From Cyanophora paradoxa CCMP329 (Eukaryota; Plantae; Glaucophyta): a stretch of 64,000 nucleotides of DNA. This document shows positions 47,669 to 57,600 of this stretch, in pieces. The position numbers and the translations under genes were made by a program. The number at the start of each line of letters is the position of its first letter. Positions within the stretch are counted from its first letter, which is position 1. The stretch is taken from positions 1-64,000 of the forward strand of contig QPMI01000087.1 in assembly GCA_004431415.1 (NCBI GenBank). The letters run 5' to 3'. Below the pieces are notes generated by a model that was not told the origin of the DNA, ran no database searches, and saw nothing but the letters and a program-made list of their open reading frames with translations.

Positions 47669-50600
47669 ATGCGTCTCCGCCTGCTGCCCCTGCGGAGCAG
47701 CGCAGAGCGCACGGTCGCGGTATGGACCTTGTCGAGCGATGGCTCGGGGGACGGCTGGGTCGGGCTGCTCCCCGCGCTGCAGGAGCTCGAAGCAGAAGGA
47801 GCTGCTGCTGCAGGATTCAGCAGAGCTGACATCGAGCGCCTGCGGGTCGCCGCGGCTGACGTGCTGCTGTGGCTGGAGCTCTCCGTCGGCGCCGCCGGCG
47901 AGTTTGACGTGCGCGCTGCGACGAAGAGGCTGCTCGAGTTCGTTCAAGCGGATCGATCGCGCTGGGAGCGCTGCACGTGAGTCCGAGGCGCCGGCGCATG
48001 GTTGTCAAAATTGCTCACATTGATCGAACAGGGAGGCATGCGACGCGGCGGCGACGCTGCTTCCATTCGCGCCGAAGTCATTCCGCGACTTCAGCAGTGC
48101 GCCTTCCGAGTCCGGCTCGAAGCGCCTCGCGCGACCTGACCGGCCCCGGGCCCTGCGCCGGCGCCGCGCACGCACGCGTCCGCAGTCTACACGCCGCACC
48201 TGAAAGCGGCGACGCGCGGGCTGCTCAAGCTCTCCCCAAGCTCGGCGCTGCAGGTCCCCGCGCGCCCGCTCGGATTCGGCGCCGCCGCCGCCGCCGCCCC
48301 AGAGCCTCAACAGATCCTCTGCGGTGGCCTCGCCCGCATCCTCCGCCTGCCCCTACCCCTCCCCGACGTTCTCCACGCTTTCAAAAACAAGGCGCGCCCC
48401 TACCTTTAGAACCGTTTGGTCTGGGAACCCTCACGCTCGCGCCCCCAGCCGATCTACTACTGCGCCAACCACCTCTCCTTTATCCCCCCCAACGCCGAGG
48501 TCCCCTGGCCCCCCTACGCCCGGTCCGCGCCCCCCCCCCCCGTACCGGGTACCCCCCGCCCAGCTGAAGTAGGGTGTAACCCCTAGGACGCTGGACTACG
48601 AGCTGGAGATCGGCCTCGTGATCGGTCGACCCGTCCCTGCAAACACCCCGCCCGAGGAGGTGCGCGTGTACACGTACCCCCATCCGAGCGAGGAGGGTAC
48701 CGCGTTCGACTCGGGGTACGGCAGGCGGCGAAGGCGGTGGCGGGGCTCGTGCTGCTGAACGATTTCACAGCGCGTGACGTCCAGGCCCGCGAGATCTTCG
48801 AGGGCGCGCCGTACCCCCCTCCTACTCTATTCACCCCCCCCCCTTGCGATCCGAGCCACGGCGCAGGTAACTTCGGGATGGCGAAAACAAAGAACTTCGC
48901 GACCGCAATGGGCTGCGAGGCGCGCCGCCCCGTGCCCCTATACCCTCTCTCGGTCGCCCACGTACCCCCCGCAGGTCGTCACGGCGGACGAGCTGCTCCC
49001 CAGGCTCCACTCGATCGACGGCCTCCGCGCCACAGTCGCGATCGACGGTGCGCGGGACGCGGTACCCCTCCGCCGCCTGCGTCGAAGGGGGGTACGATGC
49101 TCCGCTTTCGGCGCAGGCAAACCGGTGGCGACGTCCTGCACCGCCGAACCCGAGCACAGGTATGCCCGCGAGCCCCAAACTCTTTCTCCTCCTCCGTATC
49201 TGAACCCGCATGTCAAACCCAACCAGCGTGGCGGACATGGTGGGGTACGCGTGTCTCGGGGAGGCGCTGCACCCCGGGGAGGTCCTGGGCACCGGTACCG
49301 TCACCCGCTGCGCCGGCGTCGAGAACGGGTGCGCTCTCTGCCTGTACCCCCTCCCGCATTATTCCGAACGATCCCGACGCGCAGCCGCTACCCAAAGCCC
49401 GGTACGTACGGGAGCAGAAGTACAGCCGCGCAGCGCCCGCACGCGCACGCGCGCGCCCGCCCGGCCGACGCGCCCGCTCAGGCGAGCGGTTGGAGCTCGC
49501 CGTGGAGGGCTTCGCCCTGCCCCTCGCCAACCCCGTCGGGCGGCCCCAGCGGCACGCGGAGCCCGCCGCCAACGGCGCCTGGGACGGCCTCGGTGCGGGC
49601 GGCCTCGGCTTCCCCCCCGCCCCCCCCCCCCCCCCCCCTCTTCTTGGCTCAGGCGCGCACGGGGCAGTGCTCCGGGGCGGCCGCTTCTCCCGCCAGCGCC
49701 GAACCGGCTGCCTCCTCTTCCTCGCCGCCCTCGCCGCCCTCGCCGCCGTCCTGTACCCCCTTCTCGCCGGGCCCTCCAAGGCGCGCTCCTCCCCCGTACC
49801 CCCCTTCTTGCCCCGTCCCCTCTGAGCTCGCGCGCAGATTTCTCCCGTTGCGTGGGTGCCCGATCCGGCCCCGGCGTGGTGGAAGACGAGCCTGCCGGGC
49901 CGCGGCGCCCTCCGCAACGCCAGTGCGGCACCCCGCGCCTTGTCCGCGCGCGTGACTCACGCGATCGCGTACCCCCGCCCGCCAGCGATTCTGTTCAGTG
50001 GGGAGCTGAACGGCCCTGAGAGCTTCGCGTTCGACTCCGCGGGGCGCCTCTACGCTTCCCTGTGGGGTACGCGACGCTTCAATCTTCTTCCCGTGTCTTC
50101 ATGCCAACCGGTACCCCCCGCGCAGACGGACGCGTGGTGCGAACGCGAGAGCCATGGAGGGACCCCACAGAATCGCGTACCCCCATCGACTTCGAAGACT
50201 TCATACCCGCGGGGGCGCTCAACCCGCGAGGGCCCGACCCCCGCTGCGGGCCCGGGGTACTCTCCCACGAGGAGGTCGGAACCGTACCCCTCCCCCTCCT
50301 CCGCGTCCCCGTCTGATATCCCCCCCCCCAGGAGTGCGGGCGGCCGCTGGGCCTGCACATGACGCGGGGGGGTACCCTCATTCTCTGCGACGCCTACTTC
50401 GGCCTCGTCTCCGGTGCGCCCTGTACCCCCCCTCCACACCGGTGCCGCATCCCCCTGACCCCCCCCCCCTCCCAAGTTTCTGCGGAGGGGCGGGTCGAGT
50501 GGCTGGCGTCGGAGGCGGGCGGGCGTCCCATCGTGTTCGCCAACCAGGTCCGAGGGCGGGGGCGGGGGGGGTCGGGCCGGGCCGGGCCGGTCCGGGGAGA

Positions 50601-52017
50601 TCTGGACGGCTGGAGAATGTATTTGGCGGCAACGAGCGGCTAAGTGCCGGGCGGGCGGGCGGGCGGGCGGGCGGTGCTCGGGGAGCGTCGCAAACTTTCG
50701 TTCGCTCGTTTGCCTGAGCCGACGAACGTTCCCCCGGGCAGCCGGCGGTGGACGAGGAGGCCGGCGTCGTCTACTTCGCCGACAGGTGCCCCCCCCCCCC
50801 CCCCCCCGCCTCGAAAGGAGAGAGAGAGAAAGAGGAGCCCACTGCCCCCCGCCCCCCCCTCCCCCGGGCTCTTGATCTCCTCCCTCGCCGGAGAAGGAGA
50901 AGAAGAGCAGAGCCGGCGCCTTCGCAACTCTCCCAACTCTCCTAACTCTCCCGACTCGCCCCCGGGCAGCTCGGGGCGGTCGCGGCGGCGGGAGGTCGTC
51001 CTCCTCGTCCTCGAGAGCGCCTGCGACGGCCGCCTCCTCCGCTACGACATCTCCAAGCGGTCCGCCGGCGCCCCCCGCTCGGAGAGGAGATCTTTTAGAT
51101 CCAGGAGAGGAGAGCGCCGAGCCGCGGCTAACATGCCCGCGCCGGCCTCTCCCGCTTCGCTTCCCTGAAGCTTCCCTTCGGGGCGCTCCCTAGGCCTATC
51201 CCCTCTCTCTCCTCCTTCCTTCCCGGGGGGAGGGACCCTGCTCTCTCCTCGTGGCTGGCTCCCTTCCCCCCTCCTTCCCTCCTCCTGCTGCCCGCCCCCG
51301 ACCTTAACCCAGTTCTTTTCCGCGCTTCTTTCTCGCTCTCTTTCTGACGGGCGGGGTCCCGCTCGCAGGGAGGCGTCGGTGCTGGCGGAGGGCCTCTGCT
51401 TCCCCAACGGCCTCCTCCTCTCCCCGGACCGCCGCACCCTCGTCGTGCGCCCTGCAGGAACAGGGGGGGGAGGGGGGGGGGGGGGGGGGGGGAAGCCTTC
51501 GGGGACCTAGTTGGGGAGGGGGGTTCTTCTGCAAGTCCCCCGCCCGCGGCCGCAGCTAGCCCAGCTCAACTTAGCCGCGCGCCCTCCTCACCGCACCGCA
51601 CCGCACCGCACCGCGCAGGTGGCGGAGACGACGCGGATGCGGCTGCGCGCCCTCGACGCGGCGACCGGCCGCCCCCTCGGGCCCGAGACACCGGGCGCCC
51701 GCCTCTCCGTCCCCTGCATGCCGGCGCGCCCGCCCCGCCCCGCCCCGCGGCGCCGCCTTTAGAGAGCTTATCCTCCCGGCGGCAGGACAACCTCGCGTGG
51801 CTGCCGCCCCGCAACGCGAGCGGCGCCGGCGCCGGCGGCCCGAGCTTCCTCGTCGGCTGCGCCAACCAGTACGGGCTGAAGTTCTCCCTGCCCCCCGCCA
51901 TCGCCGGGGTGCCCCCCCTCTGCTTCTCGACTTCCGTATCCCTTCTGACATCGTACCCGGCAGTACCCCGGCCTCCGCAAAGTCGTCGCCTCCCTCATAC
52001 CCCAGGCGAGCCTTCCC

Positions 52018-52048
<31 letters not shown>

Positions 52049-52443
52049 ACACACACGCACGCACACGCCCTTCTTCTCCGCCCCGTCCGCCCTTCCAAGC
52101 TCATCGCAACGCGGTTCCCCAGGACCTCATCGCCCGGTTCATCCCCCCCTACGGCGTCGTGCTGGAGGTGGGGTACAGCGAGGACCGGGGCGCGGGGGCG
52201 CCGCTCCTGACGCTGCGGCGGGCGCTGACGGACGCGCGGGGCGGCGTGGCGCACGTGAGCGAGGCGGCCGCCACGCCCGAGGGCGGCCTCCTCCTCGGCT
52301 CCTACCGGTCCCCCCGCCTCGCCCGCCCCCCGTCCCGCCCGCCCGCCCTCACGCGGCCCCGCTCGCGGCGTAGGAACGACCACGCGGCGTACCTGTCCAA
52401 GGCCGCCCTCGACGCCGCGCTGGGCCTGGGCCCTGGGGCCTGA
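47669..52443 (+). CDS. Apparent fusion gene: fumarylacetoacetate-hydrolase-family domain + TM helix + strictosidine-synthase-like (APMAP/SSL) beta-propeller
   Basis: FAH: LLPFAPKSFRDF, PIYYCANHLSF, LDYELEIG, NDFTARDVQ, AKTKNF, PGEVLGTGT. TM: CLLFLAALAALAAVLYPLL. SSL: GPESFAFD, CGRPLGL, DAYFGL, FAN, YFADS, GRLLRYD, FPNGL, VAET, DNL, LLLGSY. No stop or Met between the domains. Confidence 0.8.
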
Positions 52444-52752
52444 TCGTCGTGTGAGATTCATATTGTTGAATTCGAACGGGCGGGTCGGCGTCCTATCCGA
52501 CTCGATGAAGCATGCGCGTGTGCAGAACATGTACATGTAGATACGCACAATGGCAACAAATGAAACAGGGGAGAAAAAGATAAAAGCTACCCTGCAGTTG
52601 ATAAACGAACTAAAGTCGAGCCGTACAGGCAACCATACTATTACTAGTACTGTACGTTCTTGAGCTAGCTGTATTGGGCGCGTGCTGAAGCTTATAATTA
52701 CTAAGTTAATTGCATAAGCAATTTGTAATACGAGTCAACTAAACATGTACAG

Positions 52753-55043
52753 CTAGATCGCGGCGCCGGCACACTCGGCGATGGTGAAGCCGATGTCGAG
52801 GCAGCACTTCGTGCTAACGTCGACCTCCGCCTGCTGAGGGGCGATGCGCTGCTCGAGGCTGTTCTTGATGCTCTCCTGGCTCATGTGCCGGATCGCGCCG
52901 ACGAGCATGAAGAGGCCGTCCGCGGCGGTCGAAAGCGCCGTCAGAAGTTTGATGCCCTCCGCAGGGGTGCACGTGCGCAAGTTGGTTTCGTTGTCCAACT
53001 CGCAAGTTTCTGTGCCGCTGGCTTGCATGACGAGCCCCACGACTTTGATCACGAAGCACGTCACCGTGAAGATGTAAATGTTCTAAAAGACACGAATTCG
53101 AAGTCGAAGTCAACGAAACGCGAGAGCGCAGAAAACTACGTATACACGCGCGCGCACGAAGATTTCGCTGTAGTGCATGTTCTTCTTGTAGCGCGTGGGG
53201 ATGTCCAGCATTTTGCTCTTTAGAACTTTGGAGGCGATGTAGAGCTTGTAGAAGGGCGTGAGGATGCTGAGCTTGTGGGGGAACTTGCACCAGCACGATT
53301 TCTCCCCGCAGCACGAGGGGCAGCAACACCTGAACGCGCGCGGCCGGCTCTTATCAGGCGAAGTCGTTAAATAAAGCGATAGACGGTCAAGGACATCTAG
53401 ACCTCGATATCAACAGTCGAGGTTACAAAACCAATGGGATTTAAATTTAGCGGATACTTGCCAAGTTGGCTAGGCCAATATAGGGGATTCATATTTAGAT
53501 TGAGCGATCGCGATTGCGATGTGAATCCGGATCCGCACGCATGCGCACTTGCCCTTGTTGGAGACACAGCGGAAAACAGCCCAGATGATGACGTAGCATG
53601 CGGGGAGCAGGGGGGCCAGGAGCACCGCCCTGCCGACGCCGAGGGCGTGCTCGTACGCGTCCAAAACGGTCAAGACGCCGGCTGCGCATGCGCAAACCGC
53701 CTCACACACTATAATATACCGGTGCTCGCGCTCTTTATTATAAAGCATAGCTGTATAGCTCTAATCTTATTCATAATCTTTGAGTGTTGTAATTAGACAT
53801 GTACGGCTTGAAAAAATGTATGTTGGGGGCGCACCGATGGACGAGAAGTCGAGGAACATCGAGACCCAGGCCGCGAAACGGATGAGACACAGCTTGTTAT
53901 CCCGAATGATGAGCAGCTTAATATCAGCGGCTGCGAAGAAAATGCGGAATTGATTAGACATTGAATGCGCGCGAGCGCATGCGCAGTGGTTGCAGCCAGA
54001 TCTAGAATCTAGATCTTGCAATAGGTCTTCAGAATAAACAATCGCAAGGGCGTTATTTATATTGCACGCACGCGTGGTCCAGTTGCAGCAGCACGCGCAG
54101 CATGCGTCGCCGTTATCGGCCGCGGGCGCCTGCTCGGACTCATTCTGCGCATACTTTATAGTCAGTACTAGTTGCGTGAGACACAGGATCCCGGATGAGC
54201 CCAGGCCTGGGAAAGAACCTTGCTCGGTTGCGCTGGCCATGGAGCGTGCTGCACGTTCACGTTGACATCCGAGGGCTGCACGTACCCTGCAGGTGGCTGC
54301 CGAAGCAATTGCGAACAGGCATGAGGATTCGAGCCTTCGAATTCGAGCGGGCTCGAAAGCTAGACAGGCCTAGGCCTAGGGTCGGGCTATTGCTAGCGCT
54401 CACATAGAAGTGCGGTGCCTGCGGATGCGGATGCGGGTGCTGATTCATGTACTGCGGTGGGTGCTGGCCATGGTACGCGTACGGCCCCGCGGGCGACTGC
54501 GCATGCGGACGCAGGCTACCGTGAGAACGAGAAGGAAAAGGCTCCGTGCACGCGGCCAGGCAAGCATATGCTTTGATCGGTATACGTAGCTATATATAGC
54601 TGCAGATCGCCTAGCACAAATATATATAATGCAATGCGCATGCGCGAGGCACAAACCATTTGCATCTGTGGGTGCCCCTGGAACCCGTACGCGTGCGGTG
54701 GCGGCGGTGGCATGTACATTTGGACAGGAGGAGGTGAGAACCCCGGAGCGCCGGGCTGCCAGACAGGCGGCTTCGTCAGTTACAGAAGTATACGCGCACG
54801 AATGCATATGCGCAGCGGTCGGACAAACAGATCTAGACGGCCGCGGGAGCTCACTTTGTCATACATGTACACAGGACCCTGCGACGCGTACGGGGCATGA
54901 AGCTCTTGCAATTGGCCGTCTTTGCTTTCTCTGCCGTTTTCGTTGCCGTAGTCCTTCGAGCTCTCATGATCATGATCGCTCGCATTCTCGTCTTCATCGT
55001 GCTCCGGATCCGTCAACTTGTTGTCCTCTCCAGCGTCAGCCAT
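52753..55043 (-). CDS. Unknown multi-exon, multipass membrane protein with acidic and Pro/His/Tyr-rich N-terminus and Cys clusters
   Basis: MADAGEDNKL..., MPPPPPHAYG, DACCACCCNW, several hydrophobic exons (IIVCEAVCACAAGVLTVL; VLLAPLLPACYVIIWAVF; IYIFTVTCFVIKVVGLVM), CCCPSCCGEKSCWC. Confidence 0.65.
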
Positions 55044-55454
55044 TCCTGTACGTATGCGTAGCTTGATCTGGGAGCCTGCAGCTGGCAGACTAGCCTAGCA
55101 GCTGCTAAGCGATCGCCTCGAGCGATCGCGAGCGAGCTAAAACTCTGTATACGTAGCAGGCTGGGCCTGGGAGACGGGGGCTGATGCCGAGGAGACTCTG
55201 AGTCTCAGAGCAAGATACAGGTGCAGGCGAATTCCCGCTGCAAGCAAAGTCTGCAACTCTAGCTCTTACTAAGTTACGTATACACTGCTATACCGTAGTA
55301 CAGTATACTCGACAGCTTACAAGTTAAGCTACAAGATAGTTGAAGATAGTCTCGGCTGTCAATGTCGCGAGTCTCGCGACTTCTTTAAATTTTGCTGCGC
55401 GCGCGGCGGCCGCGGCCTGCCAGGCTGGCCAGGCTGGCCGGCGGGCCTGCGGAC

Positions 55455-56027
55455 TGGGGCCCTCGTGAATGAAAAAAGCCCCGCCGTCCGCGAATAAAAA
55501 AGTCGGCCCCAGCAAGAAGTGTCATGATCACGATCAGCATTCATGAATCGCTTTTGCGCTAGGCGCCGCCGCGCCGCTAGCTAGTAGCTACTAGGGGTAG
55601 CTAGAGGCTAGAGGCCTAGAGCTATTTGTCGAACCCCGCCGGTCCCGGCCCCGCGCCGAGCCCGCGGTCCTCAGGGGCCAGCCTGGCAGGGCCTGCGCAC
55701 TGCGGCATGCCGGCCGCCGCGCGCCGGGCCGGCGGCCGGCCCGAAAGCCCCGAACCCCGGCCCGCCGCCCGCGGCCCGCGGGCCGCGGGCTCGGCGACTC
55801 CGGCCCGCGACTCCGGCCGCGAGGGCCGCGGGCCCGCGACCCGGCTCTCGGCGCCGGGCCCCGGGGGACGGCCGCCGGCCCGGCGCCGGGCCGGCGCCGG
55901 CCCGGGCCCCGGGGTCACCTGCACGTGAATGAATTTTCAATGAAACAAAGCCCCGGCCTCGTGAATAAAAAAGTAGACCCCAACAAGACATGTCAATAGG
56001 CATGAATCTCGATCAGTGGATTCCATG
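55455..56027. repeat. Imperfect ~90-bp direct repeats bracketing a ~300-bp almost pure-GC core; probable transposon relic
   Basis: GTGAATGAA..AAAGCCCCG..GAATAAAAAAGT.G.CCCCA.CAAGA..TGTCA at ~55465-55545 and ~55925-56025. Confidence 0.6.
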
Positions 56028-56112
56028 TTTTTTTTGGTGAATTACCGGCCACAGTCTCTAGCTACAGACACCAGCACTGCGGGGGCTGCCCAGGGGGCAT
56101 AAAGACAAAAAA
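56028..56112 (-). mobile_element. Second copy of the short interspersed element at 17097
   Basis: Near-identical core with a 6-nt insertion and one substitution; no TSD evident. Confidence 0.7.
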
Positions 56113-56779
56113 GCAAAATAACTAAGATAAACGTTGTACGTTATATAATTAATTCTAAACTTAATTTCTAGCTATATATATAGCTAGCTATATATATATA
56201 TATATATTATATAGCCTATATACAGCTAGCGCTATAGCACTGATAATAGCCTAGTAGCAGCCTGGCAGCCAATTGCAATTGCAAACACTGCGCAGTGCGC
56301 ACTGCGGCGCGCATGCGCATGCGCACGCCGCATGCGCAGTGCACGTGCGGCAGTGCGCTACTTGGTAGCGCTGCTGTACATGTTACTACATGTGCGCATG
56401 TGCGCATGCCAGTGCGGCCCGGGCGCCGACGCCGGCTCGCAGGCTGGGCCGGGGCCGCTGGGCCGCAGGCCCGCAGCTGCAGCTGCGCGGGGCCCGTTTC
56501 CCGATGCCCTCGAAGCGCCGCGAATTCGAAGCAGCCCGGGGTTGCAATATTTAATATATTAATTAAAAAACAAAATATTACACAATTAGTTTAATTTGCA
56601 CATACTGTCAATGTATTATGTTAGATTATGTTAGATCAATTATGAAAAGTTTTTACGATCCTATGATTTCGACATTCATTACTACCGACACTTCTTCTTT
56701 TGCCTAGGCATTTTTATTCGTGCGGCCCGCTTCTACCCGGCTAGTCCCCGCTACGGACGCATACGCCGTGACGACGATG

Positions 56780-57205
56780 CTAGTACTCAGGCAGCCGAGT
56801 CAGGCTACCCGCCGGGCCCGGGTCCCCGGGCCCGGCTACCTGGCCGGGAGTCCCGGGACTCGGGACTCGGGAGTCGGGAGTCGGGAGTAGTAGTACTCGG
56901 GAGTCGGGAGTCGGGACTCCGGGAGTCGGGCAGACTCGGCCCGGACTCGGGCTCAGCCTGGCACAGCTGCAGCCTGCAGGCTGGCAGACTGCCGCTCACT
57001 GAGTCACTCGTGAGTCGTGACTACTAGGCTAGTACTGACTCCTGAGACTATGAGAGTCAGTCGGCCCGCGCCGCAGGCTCCCGCAGCCCCAGGCCCCCAG
57101 CCGGCCCTGAGCCGGGCCCCAGGCTCCCCAGCCTCCCCCAGCCTGGGCCCCAGGGCCTCATGACTCAGTGATCAGCTGCTGCAAAGGCTAGTCAGTACGA
57201 CTCAG
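56780..57205. repeat. GAGTC/GACTC-rich low-complexity repeat
   Basis: (CGGGAGT)n/(CGGGACT)n heptamers and many GAGTC/GACTC words. Confidence 0.8.
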
Positions 57206-57600
57206 TAGCTGATAGCGCTGCAGCGGCTGTTGATCCCAGCTTGGGGCGCGAGTCGCGGCGAGGGTACCGGTGCAGCTGCAGCGTCGGGCCGAAGTCACCG
57301 GGCGCATTGTCACTTCCAGCCTGGGCTCGTCCGACGGTCGCGCCCCTCGGTGCGTGAAGACAGCCAGCCGTTGACGTTGCAATGGAAAAAGGCAAAGGCT
57401 CCCGCTTTCAGGGTGCGCACATATGCATGATGCATATGCATCAACTGCCCCGCGGCCGGGCCCGAGCCCGGTGGCCACAAGTTCAGGGCCGGCCGCGGGT
57501 GCTTGCAATTGTGACCAGGAAACTTTGAGGTCTTATTCGCTCAGCAGCTGCGCATGACGGTCGGCCAAGGCTCGGATTGGGCGCGCCGGCGGCCCTTGGA

